Part shown: in pieces, positions 1-10,094 of the stretch | Position numbering within the stretch: position 1 is the first letter of the stretch | How the letters are laid out: the number at the start of each line of letters is the position of its first letter | Assembly: GCA_965224435.1 (NCBI GenBank) | Contig: OZ245048.1 | Location: forward strand, 2,850,182 to 2,914,181 | Origin: Acidimicrobiales bacterium | Lineage (GTDB): Bacteria; Actinomycetota; Acidimicrobiia; Acidimicrobiales; SZUA-35 | Direction: 5' to 3' | Length of the DNA stretch: 64,000 nucleotides | Notes under the pieces: generated by a model | What the model saw: only the letters and a program-made list of their open reading frames with translations | What the model was told of the DNA's origin: nothing | Databases searched by the model: none | Program-made: the position numbers and the translations under genes

Positions 1-371
1 TGGTCACCCAAGCCAACGACAAACGACACATGACCGTCGGCCCTGATCGCAGCCAGCGCCGACTGCAAACTATGGGCCTGGCCGAGCTCCCAATCGGGAG
101 ACTCGACCCAGGTAATTGGGCCCGCATCATCACCAGACTCAAAGCCAGCGTCACACTCAGAATCAGGCTCCGGGTCAAACCAACGTTGCAATTCTTGCTC
201 CAGCTCTACGGCACCAGTGACGACGTAGAGCTGATTGAAGCCAGCACCCAGCGCAGCCTTGATGGCGTGAACCACCACTGGCTGGCCGCGAAAGTCTGCC
301 AACAACTTGTGGTTCGGTCCCTCAAATCGGGACCCAGCTCCGGCGGCAAGCACAACTCCAGCAATAGTCAC
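1..371 (-). CDS. MobA/MocA-like molybdenum-cofactor nucleotidyltransferase, 3' end cut by the window edge
   Basis: Not in the ORF track because it has a GTG start at 369-371. Reverse-complement translation gives MTIAGVVLAAGAGSRFEGPNHKLLADFRGQPVVVHAIKAALGAGFNQLYVVTGAVE..., with the LAAGxGxRF nucleotide-binding N-terminus typical of MobA/MocA. An in-frame stop lies immediately upstream. Confidence 0.55.
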   Translation of the reverse strand, partial: MTIAGVVLAAGAGSRFEGPNHKLLADFRGQPVVVHAIKAALGAGFNQLYVVTGAVELEQELQRWFDPEPDSECDAGFESGDDAGPITWVESPDWELGQAHSLQSALAAIRADGHVSFVVGLGD

Positions 372-399
372 CGGGCCAAGCTAGCGCTCAGCCACAAGC

Positions 400-2886
400 T
401 CAGTCGATCTCAACGAAATCGCGGGCCCGCAACAATTCGGCAAATTGATCAGCATCAACCGCACCCGATATCCAGAGGCCCTGACCGGTTTGGCAACCAA
501 GTTCCACCAATTGCTCACGAAGCGGCTCATTGTCAACACCAGCGGCATACACCCGCGAGCCCGCGGTAAAGGCCAGGGTGATCAGTGAGCCAACCAGAGC
601 ACGGCTGGACAAGCGGTTTCCGAGATCAGAAATCAGAGCCAAGTCGATCTTGACGGCATCGATGGCGAACCGAGTCAGGCGATCAAGGTTGGAGTAATCC
701 GACCCGAATCGATCAAGGGTTACTGCCATCCCGACGGCTCGGTAGGTCGCGAAGGTCTCCTTCAACATCTCACCGTCTCCCCGCAGTACCGATTCGGGCA
801 CCTCAATGCGAAGGTTCGACGCTCGCAGACGATGCCGTCCTAGCTCGGAGGAGATGAGCTGGCGGGAGCGAGGATCTAGGAACATCTCTGGGGTCAGGTT
901 GACGGCCATCTCCAGGTCCTCAATCTCAATCCCGTCGTCACGCCACGAAGCGAGGTATTGCACACTCTTGGAGATGACCCAGTCATCAATTTTGGTAGCA
1001 AGCCCAGCCTCACTGGCGAGCGGCAAGAACTCGGCGGGAAGTACTAGCCCGCGGGTCGGACTGGCCCAACGAACCGTGGTCTCGACGCCGGTGATTCGGC
1101 CGGTTTCCAAGTCGGCCATTGGCCACATCAACAACTCAAGCTCGTCATTATCAATGGCGTCGCGCATCTCATTCACAACAGAAATCTTGGCGTCGGCTTC
1201 GGCCAGGCTGTCGCGGGTTACTCGCACGGCTTGACCGCGACCCATGGCCTTGGCTCGGTACATGGCGACATCAGCTTGACGAATCAGTCGTTCCGACGAG
1301 CTGTCATTGCTTCCTGACGCCACACCGATCGACGCGCTGATCTGCACCTCAACGCCACCCGCGATAAAGGGCATTTCCAGAACTGACACCACTCGGGTGG
1401 CCAGTCGTTCCGCATCAGCAGGGCCCAGTCCTCGCAGAACAATCACGAACTCATCCCCACCGAGCCTGGCCAAGAAGTCAACGGGACGGAGCACATCTCG
1501 CAGCCGTTCAGCCACCCGAACCAGAAGATCATCGCCGGCCCCATGGCCATAGCGATCATTGACCGATTTGAACCCATCGAGGTCGACAAACAGGACACTG
1601 AGCTGCTCATCTGTCTCCAGCAACAACTCATCAAGCTCAGTGACCAGCTGATGCCGGTTGGGCAGGCCAGTCAGACTGTCATGGGTGGCCTGGTAAGCCA
1701 GCTGAGCCTCCATGCGTTCTCTGCGGGCGATGTCTTCTGCCAATGCCCGAGTCATCTCATCAAATGCCAATGACAAGCGACCCAGTTCATCCAAGCGGTG
1801 ATCGTCGGTGCGAACCGTCAAATCACCGCTGGCGACAGCCTCGGCCAGGACCGTCATGCGGCCAAGCCTGCGAGCAAATCCGCGGAAAGCTATGGCAACC
1901 ACGACCAAGATGACTGCGCCAGCGGCCACAAAGACACCAATGATCGACATTCGTACACTGTTCAACCTTTGGTACAAGCCAGCCTGGTCAACCTCAATGA
2001 CCACGATCCAGCCTGGGTCTCCCTCGATTCGGGCCGCTGCTTGCACAACCTCAACTCCGAACTGGTCCGTTGTCTCCAGAACTGGCGAAGGCTCGAACGG
2101 GTTGGGGTTGGTTTGCAAATTGAAGGAACTGCCAACAATTGGGCTATCACTGCGCAAGATCACTTCGTACTCACCAGCCGAAACTGGCTGAAGCACCACG
2201 GTCCGAGTGTCCGTCTCCAGCGTCTCGGACAAGTCAACCGAACCCTCAAGCAGGACGTTGAGGTCCCACTCAGTGACCAACCACATCGAGACCCCAGATG
2301 GTCCGGAACGGACTCGACGAACAATGCCCACATGAGGTTCGCCGTGGTGCAGGAAAACATCGCCTACCAGTACATCGCCGGTTCCAATTTCTAGGCGCAC
2401 GGCGTCAGCTTCTGGTTGAAGATCGCCACCAACAAATCCGCTTGCGGATTCACCACTGACCCGAAGTTGCACACCAAGAAGGCCGTCGCCTTGGAGCCGT
2501 GTGAACGACGCGTCCATGAATTCGTCAAGGCGCACGGTGGTTACACCCGCACCGGTCTCCAGCGAACTCAGATTCGAGATCCACTGGATAAAGACGGGGT
2601 CATCTTCAATGGTTCGAATCCGATCAATCGCCCCATCAACAGAACTTTCGATTCGATCAGCTTCGACTTGTCCGGCGAGGGCGACGTTGCCCAGCATCTG
2701 TCGTTGCACCATCCCGGACGCGACATTGGCCACCTGGACGCCGAGTAGCACCAGGGGCAGGCAGGAAGCCATCACCGCCAGGCTCACTTTCTGGCCAAGA
2801 CGGAGGCGACGCCATACAAGAACAGGCCGCACCCGGCCAGACTCCGATGTCACCCCAACCCATCGGCCTCTGAGCCGTGGATTCAA
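400..2886 (-). CDS. Membrane sensor diguanylate cyclase/phosphodiesterase (TM - periplasmic sensor - TM - HAMP - GGDEF - EAL)
   Basis: 828 aa. Two hydrophobic segments flank a roughly 250-aa extracytoplasmic region, followed by a HAMP-like helix. Intact GGDEF motif RLGGDEFVIVL. EAL-domain signatures are present (ELGCQTGQG near the C-terminus). Confidence 0.85.
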   Translation of the reverse strand: MNPRLRGRWVGVTSESGRVRPVLVWRRLRLGQKVSLAVMASCLPLVLLGVQVANVASGMVQRQMLGNVALAGQVEADRIESSVDGAIDRIRTIEDDPVFIQWISNLSSLETGAGVTTVRLDEFMDASFTRLQGDGLLGVQLRVSGESASGFVGGDLQPEADAVRLEIGTGDVLVGDVFLHHGEPHVGIVRRVRSGPSGVSMWLVTEWDLNVLLEGSVDLSETLETDTRTVVLQPVSAGEYEVILRSDSPIVGSSFNLQTNPNPFEPSPVLETTDQFGVEVVQAAARIEGDPGWIVVIEVDQAGLYQRLNSVRMSIIGVFVAAGAVILVVVAIAFRGFARRLGRMTVLAEAVASGDLTVRTDDHRLDELGRLSLAFDEMTRALAEDIARRERMEAQLAYQATHDSLTGLPNRHQLVTELDELLLETDEQLSVLFVDLDGFKSVNDRYGHGAGDDLLVRVAERLRDVLRPVDFLARLGGDEFVIVLRGLGPADAERLATRVVSVLEMPFIAGGVEVQISASIGVASGSNDSSSERLIRQADVAMYRAKAMGRGQAVRVTRDSLAEADAKISVVNEMRDAIDNDELELLMWPMADLETGRITGVETTVRWASPTRGLVLPAEFLPLASEAGLATKIDDWVISKSVQYLASWRDDGIEIEDLEMAVNLTPEMFLDPRSRQLISSELGRHRLRASNLRIEVPESVLRGDGEMLKETFATYRAVGMAVTLDRFGSDYSNLDRLTRFAIDAVKIDLALISDLGNRLSSRALVGSLITLAFTAGSRVYAAGVDNEPLREQLVELGCQTGQGLWISGAVDADQFAELLRARDFVEID

Positions 2887-2968
2887 GCCCCGAATCTGCT
2901 TCTAGGGCCTAGGACCTATACCCACATTTCAGATCAGCCTGCTTGTAGACCGATCCAGCTGCGATGGC

Positions 2969-3760
2969 TCAGGATGGCCGGTGGATGTCGCCTCTCGCAT
3001 CACGCAATGAAGGAGCCAGTCGCCCCGACCGCAGGGCAATGATCTCTGCGCAGATGGAGATGGCAGTTTCTTCCGGTGTTCGGGCCCCAAGATCGAGGCC
3101 AATTGGCCCCATCATGCGATCCAATTGCTCCTGGGAAACACCTTCGTCCAGCAACCGGCGATTTCGATCATCAGTCGTGCGGCGAGAGCCCATTGCACCC
3201 AGGTAGCCAACATCGGTCGCTAGGGCAGCGATCACCGCCGGCACATCGAACTTAGGGTCATGGGTGAGCACACAAACTGCGTCTCGTGGGCCAAGATCTG
3301 GCCCGACCTTAGCCAAGAGCCGGTGCGGCCAGTCAACAACAACTTCATCAGCCGCAGGAAATCTCTGGTGGGTGGCAAAGACTGGGCGGGCGTCACACAC
3401 CGTCACCCGATAGCCAAGAACCTTGGCCACACGACAAAGCGATGCGGTGAAGTCGACGGCACCAAAGATGAGCATGACTGGAGGTCGGGCGTAGCTCTCA
3501 ATGAAGATGTCGAGAACATCTTGGCGGGCTTCTCCGTGCTCCCCATAGTGGCGAATGCCTGAAGTCCCCGCCGCCAGCTCACCAATGGTGTCCCGCACAA
3601 CGACACGGTCAAGGTCTGTGTTGCCCAACGATCCCAACACGGTGCCATCTGCTTTGACCAGGAGTTTTGCTCCCGAGTCTTGGCCACGAACAATGGTTGC
3701 TAACGCAACGGGTTCTTCCGCCTTGATCGCAGCTGCCAGCTCATTAAAGAGTTCGGCCAT
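2969..3760 (-). CDS. XdhC/CoxI-family maturation factor, C-terminal Rossmann-like half
   Basis: 263 aa. Contains VMLIFGAVDFTASLCRVAKVLGYRVTVCD, the NAD-binding-like fold of XdhC_C. It lies directly downstream of a separate XdhC N-domain ORF. Confidence 0.7.
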   Translation of the reverse strand: MAELFNELAAAIKAEEPVALATIVRGQDSGAKLLVKADGTVLGSLGNTDLDRVVVRDTIGELAAGTSGIRHYGEHGEARQDVLDIFIESYARPPVMLIFGAVDFTASLCRVAKVLGYRVTVCDARPVFATHQRFPAADEVVVDWPHRLLAKVGPDLGPRDAVCVLTHDPKFDVPAVIAALATDVGYLGAMGSRRTTDDRNRRLLDEGVSQEQLDRMMGPIGLDLGARTPEETAISICAEIIALRSGRLAPSLRDARGDIHRPS

Positions 3761-3763
3761 GGC

Positions 3764-4078
3764 CTACCAGTCCAGCGGTTCAAGAAAGAGGTGGATTGTT
3801 CCGCCACAGGTCAGACCAACAGCGAAGGCTTCATCATCGCTGTAGCCGAAGGTCACCATCTTGCGTGTGTGATCCTTGATGCACTGCAGGGCTTCGACAA
3901 CAACGGCTCCCTCGACACAGCCGCCACTCACCGAACCCGCTACATCACCGTCTTCATTAACGGCCATGGCGGCGCCAGGTAGACGCGGCCCGGATCCTTC
4001 AACGTCGACAACACGGGCGACGGCAATCTCTTTGCCCTGACGGCGCCAACGTTGCAGATCACTCATGATCTCTCGCAT
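3764..4078 (-). CDS. XdhC/CoxI-family N-terminal domain protein (split xdhC)
   Basis: 104 aa: ARVVDVEGSGPRLPGAAMAVNEDGDVAGSVSGGCVEGAVV, the canonical XdhC_CoxI N-domain. The stop lies 3 nt before the start of the C-domain ORF. Confidence 0.65.
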   Translation of the reverse strand: MREIMSDLQRWRRQGKEIAVARVVDVEGSGPRLPGAAMAVNEDGDVAGSVSGGCVEGAVVVEALQCIKDHTRKMVTFGYSDDEAFAVGLTCGGTIHLFLEPLDW

Positions 4079-4083
4079 GGCGG

Positions 4084-4911
4084 CTAGCTAACTCCGGCCT
4101 CGGCTAACCCACGACCAACCAGGACGCGAGCAAGGTGTTGACGGAACTCGACGCTGGCGTTGAGATCACTGGATGGCTCCATCCCCTCGGCCGCAAGCTC
4201 GGCTGAGTCAGAAGCCGATGCGCCGCCAGCAAGTGCTTCTTCAACTGCGGTGGCTCGAATGGGAGTTTGATGCATATTGATGAGCGACACCTGCACACCT
4301 GCATCACCTTGTTGAACTGATGCTCCGACGATGGCCCAGTCTTGGGCTCTTCGGTTCATCTTCTGGAAGCTCCACCCCTTGCCGGTGAACTTGGGTATCC
4401 GGATCTCGGTGATCAGCTCGGTTTCTTCAATACTGGATTCTAAGAAGCCAGTAAAGAGATCAACAGCAGCGATCTCTCGCTCACCGCCTGGTCCCTTCAC
4501 CATGACCGAACCATTCAATGCGAGCAGAGCCGACGGATGGTCCGCTGCAGCATCGGCGTGAGCCAGCGAACCACCGATAGTGCCACGATGGCGGACCTGG
4601 GGGTCACCAACCTGCCCAGTGGTGTGAGCCAGCAAGGGCGCGTGTTCTTGGACAAGATCACTGATCTCGATAGCGCGATGCCGGGTGAGGGCACCGATGG
4701 CGACATGATCGCCCTGATCGCGAATGTAGGACAGATCATGCAACCGCCCGATGTCGACAACCACAGACGGATACGCCAACCGGAACTTCATCATTGGCAA
4801 CAGTGAATGGCCGCCGGCCATCAGCTTGGCTTCATCACCGTGCTCGACCAGTTGGGCCAACGCCTCATCAGCCGACTCGACACGGACATAGTCAAAGGCA
4901 ACCGGGATCAT
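4084..4911 (-). CDS. Molybdo-flavoprotein FAD-binding medium subunit (CoxM/CutM/XdhB-like)
   Basis: [21 protein letters not shown]...[17 protein letters not shown], an FAD-binding-5 signature. The start was taken at the internal MIPV, which overlaps the coxS stop by 4 nt. The track ORF extends to 4974. Confidence 0.8.
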   Translation of the reverse strand: MIPVAFDYVRVESADEALAQLVEHGDEAKLMAGGHSLLPMMKFRLAYPSVVVDIGRLHDLSYIRDQGDHVAIGALTRHRAIEISDLVQEHAPLLAHTTGQVGDPQVRHRGTIGGSLAHADAAADHPSALLALNGSVMVKGPGGEREIAAVDLFTGFLESSIEETELITEIRIPKFTGKGWSFQKMNRRAQDWAIVGASVQQGDAGVQVSLINMHQTPIRATAVEEALAGGASASDSAELAAEGMEPSSDLNASVEFRQHLARVLVGRGLAEAGVS

Positions 4912-5420
4912 TTGGAACCACCAGCCACCGATAGAACAGCAGAAACAATGTTCTGGTAGCCCGTACAACGGCACAGATTGCCTTCGAGCCCTTCGCGAAC
5001 TTCGGCCTCAGTCGGGTCGGGATTCTCGTCCAAGAAGGAGATGGATGCCATCACCATTCCCGGCGTGCAGTAGCCACATTGCAGAGCATGACACTCCATG
5101 AAGGCAGTCTGCATGGGCGCCATCGTTTCGCCATCAGCCACACCCTCAATGGTTGTGAGCTTTTCACCATCGGCCTGCACCGCAAGCATGGTGCAACTCT
5201 TCACCGATTCACCATTGACGTGAATCGTGCAGGCGCCACACGATGACGTGTCGCAACCAATATTGGTGCCGGTTAGCCCAACGGTTTCTCGAAGGTAGTG
5301 CACCAGCAGGGTTCTTGGCTCAACGTCGTGACTGAAAGTCGTTCCGTTGACCTCGACGGTTATCTCCACAATTGCCTCCAAAGTAAACGGTTCGAAGCAG
5401 CGATCCATCGAGTCTGGCAC
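4908..5420 (-). CDS. (2Fe-2S)-binding small subunit of a CODH/xanthine dehydrogenase-family enzyme (CoxS-like)
   Basis: 170 aa with both [2Fe-2S] cysteine clusters ([15 protein letters not shown]; [12 protein letters not shown]). Confidence 0.85.
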   Translation of the reverse strand: MPDSMDRCFEPFTLEAIVEITVEVNGTTFSHDVEPRTLLVHYLRETVGLTGTNIGCDTSSCGACTIHVNGESVKSCTMLAVQADGEKLTTIEGVADGETMAPMQTAFMECHALQCGYCTPGMVMASISFLDENPDPTEAEVREGLEGNLCRCTGYQNIVSAVLSVAGGSK

Positions 5421-5450
5421 GGATCACACCGAATGCTCACATCCATAGAC

Positions 5451-5545
5451 AAAAGGCTGGCTATTCGTCCGTGCCGCTGGCTGCTAATCCGTGCCGCTGG
5501 CTGCTAATCCGTGCCGCTGGCTGCTAATCCGTGCCGCTGACTATC
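5451..5545. repeat. Tandem repeat of a 20-bp unit gtgccgctggctgctaatcc, x3 perfect plus flanking degenerate copies
   Basis: Direct reading: 5471-5530 holds three perfect copies. The last partial copy supplies the ftsB-like stop codon (cta at 5524-5526). Confidence 0.9.
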
Positions 5546-5913
5546 GGCGCCGGGAGGATTCGATAGCTCTCTTCTCCGGGATACACGTAGTCGAAGTTCT
5601 CCCGAGCCACTCGCTCGACTTCGGCGTCGGTTTCCAACAGCTGGAGCTGAACCTCCAACTTGGCGACCTCGGTGTCGAGCTCATCGAGTTGGGACTGTGT
5701 ATCGGCAATCGATTCGCGTTGTGCCATCCAAGTTCGTGCAGGCAGGAGGCCAATGCCGATCACAATCATGACCGACACTCCAACGGTTAGCAGAGACGGT
5801 AGAACGCGGCGAACTAGGCGAGGCGACTTGGCCTTGCTCGTCGCCGACTTAGCTGATGAAGATCGCTTCTTTGGCTTGGTGTTCTTCGCCATGAATGAGG
5901 GGATTTGGATCAC
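5524..5913 (-). CDS. Septum formation initiator (FtsB/DivIC-like) protein
   Basis: 129 aa. Basic N-terminus, a single TM segment (LLTVGVSVMIVIGIGLL) and a coiled coil (QSQLDELDTEVAKLEVQLQLLETDAEVERVARE). It sits downstream of eno, as in mycobacteria. Confidence 0.7.
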   Translation of the reverse strand: MIQIPSFMAKNTKPKKRSSSAKSATSKAKSPRLVRRVLPSLLTVGVSVMIVIGIGLLPARTWMAQRESIADTQSQLDELDTEVAKLEVQLQLLETDAEVERVARENFDYVYPGEESYRILPAPIVSGTD

Positions 5914-5967
5914 AGAGTTTCGTTTTCGCCCGGTTCTGTTCTTGGTCGTTCGGTATAGTGAATTGGT

Positions 5968-7269
<1,302 letters not shown>

Positions 7270-7340
7270 TTAGCTCGTCTCGGCGGCGTGGCAGGGACGA
7301 CGCACCACGTCTCGGACGAACTTTTTGTGTTCTTTGCTCA

Positions 7341-7361
7341 CTTAGAATCACGAATTCTAAG
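7341..7361. promoter_or_regulatory. Perfect 8-bp inverted repeat cttagaat-N5-attctaag about 85 nt upstream of the eno start
   Basis: Seen in the sequence. It lies in an AT-richer stretch of the eno 5' region, making it a candidate operator. Confidence 0.35.
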
Positions 7362-7487
7362 AAATCTCACTCTACGTGTCTTCGCAGACGCCAGATGTGA
7401 GAACACTAGCAGGCCTCGACCTGAATGTGGGCCAATCAGGCTAGGACCAAGGACTCGAATTGGCCCAGCTTAGAAACGCGGTATCAG

Positions 7488-10094
7488 CTACGGGGTGACC
7501 CGGTTGCCGTACTCGGCGCTCACATAGAAGCCACCGACCAGACTGAAGATCGCATCGGGGTTGCCAGCAATCTGTGCCGTCCAGTAGGCCTGTCCACTCT
7601 CATCCGGAGGTCGATTGAGCATCCCCCGGTAGGTGACAATGACGTCTACTAAGGCGGAGGTGGTATTGAGGTTCTCCGCAGACTCGGAGAATAGGGTCAT
7701 CATGGAGCCCCGGTTCAAGCCGCCGTCCAATTGACTGTTCCAATATGCGACACCGTCAGCTTCGCCGTCTCGGCCTAAGACATTCTGATAGACAAGGCTC
7801 ACGAAGTCAGCATTGCTGAGAGCCCCATAGGTATTGACAAATTCCTGACTCTTGGAAAACTCTTGGGAAATGCTCTCCAAGTTGGTTTGACCGCTGGCTA
7901 GCAAGCCGGTCCAGTAGTCGAAACCTCCTGGTTCCGGGTTTCGCTCGAAGTAGGCCAGATAGAGACGAGCAACCGGACGCCTCGGGGCGAACTCGGGTGA
8001 GCGCATGAACTGGACAATGGTCTCGGTGACGTTGCCCTTGTCCGAAGCAGTCTGATTGGTCCAAAAGGCCAGGCCTCCGGCATCGGGGGCACGGCCGAGG
8101 AAGTCCAGATACTGCTGAGTAACGAATGCTTCCTTAGAATTGAACGGTGCGAAGCTCCGGACTTCAATCTGGTTCGAGAAGAGGGTTGGTCCCTCACCGG
8201 CCACCGTGTTGGCATTGATTTCTGCGGAATGGAACCCGCTTGGAAGTGGACCAATCAACACCGACGAAACGTTGGCGTCGACTGTTGCTTCAACGCCTGC
8301 CATCCTCACGGTGTAGGAAAGAACAACCGAACCGCCATCTTCGGTCGGAGGATTCCAGCTGATCTGAACAACATTGCCGAACAGCTCATTGGGGACAGCC
8401 TGGATGTTGGTGACCTGACCAGGTACATCGGGAACCACAACGCTGCCCGATGCATCGCTGAAGGCTCCGTTGCCGAAGGAGTTGATCGCTCGAACCTTGG
8501 CCGTGTAGGTGCCAGGGCTAAGGGGACTGACCTGGACGGTTGTGGCTCCTGGGGCGGCCATCACGGTCACATCGCCTGGATTCACGACGATCTCGTACTC
8601 GGTGACATCTGACCCGTTGGAACCAGGCGCCGTCCAATCGACCTTGATCGAATTCAGGCCAACTGCCGGATCAAACGAAACCGTTGGGACTGCAGGCTTG
8701 TTGGGAACTCCCGCTGGTGTGGCCTCCGCCGAGTTAGCCGATGTTGGGCCACTACCGATGGCGTTAAATGGCCGGACCCTGAAGGTATAGGGCGTGCCAG
8801 TCGTGAGGCCGGTGAAGGTGGCGGAGAGGTTAGACGTGTTCTGGCTAGCGATCTGCGTCGCTCCGTCAAAGGCGGTGACCTGGTAAGTCACGGAAGCACC
8901 GTTCGACTGCGCCACCGTCCATGACGGCGTCAGGGAAGTAGAGCTTGCAACGACCACCGTTGGCACACCTGACGGGCCCGGGGCGTCGGCCGGCGTGATC
9001 GAGTCCGAAGCAGGACTCGCAGGACCATCACCATTGCCATTCGTCGCCACCACCGTGAAGGTGACCGACGTACCAGTCGTCAAGCCGGTGAAGGTCAAAG
9101 ACGTGCCCGCCGTCGTCTGAGCAGAACCACCAGTCGAAGCAAAGACCTTGTATTCGGATACAGCCGAGCCATTGGCCGCAGCCGCCGACCAATCAAGAGC
9201 GATCGAGGTCGGACTGGCAATACTCACATTTGGCTTGCCCGGAGCCCCCGGTCCAGATGATGGAGTTACCGAAGGCGAAGCGGCCGAAGCAACACTGTCA
9301 CCAATGGCGTTGGTAGCAACAACGGTGAAGGTCACCGGAGTCCCAGGAGCAAGACCGGTGTACGTCAAGGAAGTAGCCGCCGTGGTTTGCGAGCCACCAG
9401 TCGATGCCGTCACCGTGTACCCGGTTATTCCAGAACCATTGCCTGCGGGAGCCGACCACGACACATCAACCGAAGATGAAGAGACGCCCGAGGCGCTCGG
9501 AGCAGCAGGAGCATCCGGCACTGCTGCGGGCGTCACCGCACTCGATGCGCCGCTTGATGCCGTGCCGCTTCCATTGGTGGCAACAACCGTAAACGTATAG
9601 GAAGTGCCAGTAGTCAATCCAGTGAACGTCAACGACAAACCAGTACCCGACGATGCTGTCGCTCCACCCGGGCTCGCAGTGACCGTGTAGTCAGAAATCG
9701 CTGACCCATTCGCCGCAGCAGCGGTCCAGTCCAAATCAACCGAAGTCGGACTGGCAACCGAGGCATTGGGAGTACCCGGTGAACCCGGACCAGCCGAAGG
9801 GGTTACCGAAGGCGAAGCGGCCGAAGCAGCACTGTCACCAATGGCGTTGGTAGCAACAACGGTGAAGGTCACCGGAGTCCCAGGAGCAAGACCCGTGTAC
9901 GTCAAGGAAGTAGCCGCCGTGGTCTGCGAGCCACCAGTCGAAGCCGTCACCGTGTACCCGGTTATTCCAGAACCATTGTCTGCGGGAGCCGACCACGACA
10001 CATCAACCGAAGTCGAAGACACAACCGAAGCGGTCGGAGCAGCAGGAGCATCTGGTACACCAGACGGTGTCACCCCGCTGCGGGAGCCGACCAC
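7488..10094 (-). CDS. Secreted FN3-repeat protein with C-terminal DUF4214 repeats: distal fragment of a gene split by a frameshift
   Basis: 868-aa ORF. Multiple fibronectin type III modules (repeated SAPx(N)GSGITGYTVTA ... TFTVVATN motifs). The C-terminus has three DUF4214-like repeats (FVTQQYLDFLGRAPDAGGLAFW; LYLAYFERNPEPGGFDYW; FVSLVYQNVLGRDGEADGVAYW). The annotated M is probably not a true start. Confidence 0.7.
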   Translation of the reverse strand: MVGSRSGVTPSGVPDAPAAPTASVVSSTSVDVSWSAPADNGSGITGYTVTASTGGSQTTAATSLTYTGLAPGTPVTFTVVATNAIGDSAASAASPSVTPSAGPGSPGTPNASVASPTSVDLDWTAAAANGSAISDYTVTASPGGATASSGTGLSLTFTGLTTGTSYTFTVVATNGSGTASSGASSAVTPAAVPDAPAAPSASGVSSSSVDVSWSAPAGNGSGITGYTVTASTGGSQTTAATSLTYTGLAPGTPVTFTVVATNAIGDSVASAASPSVTPSSGPGAPGKPNVSIASPTSIALDWSAAAANGSAVSEYKVFASTGGSAQTTAGTSLTFTGLTTGTSVTFTVVATNGNGDGPASPASDSITPADAPGPSGVPTVVVASSTSLTPSWTVAQSNGASVTYQVTAFDGATQIASQNTSNLSATFTGLTTGTPYTFRVRPFNAIGSGPTSANSAEATPAGVPNKPAVPTVSFDPAVGLNSIKVDWTAPGSNGSDVTEYEIVVNPGDVTVMAAPGATTVQVSPLSPGTYTAKVRAINSFGNGAFSDASGSVVVPDVPGQVTNIQAVPNELFGNVVQISWNPPTEDGGSVVLSYTVRMAGVEATVDANVSSVLIGPLPSGFHSAEINANTVAGEGPTLFSNQIEVRSFAPFNSKEAFVTQQYLDFLGRAPDAGGLAFWTNQTASDKGNVTETIVQFMRSPEFAPRRPVARLYLAYFERNPEPGGFDYWTGLLASGQTNLESISQEFSKSQEFVNTYGALSNADFVSLVYQNVLGRDGEADGVAYWNSQLDGGLNRGSMMTLFSESAENLNTTSALVDVIVTYRGMLNRPPDESGQAYWTAQIAGNPDAIFSLVGGFYVSAEYGNRVTP

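Noticed and set aside
30-569. 179-aa plus-strand ORF at the window start
   Set aside because: It overlaps, antisense, the 3' end of the GGDEF-EAL gene and the MocA-like gene. Low-complexity R/S/P-rich translation typical of spurious ORFs in high-GC DNA.
5451-5545. Possible CRISPR array (regular short repeats)
   Set aside because: The units are directly adjacent tandem copies with no intervening unique spacers, there are only 3-4 copies, and no cas genes are nearby. The same holds for the other three tandem-repeat loci.
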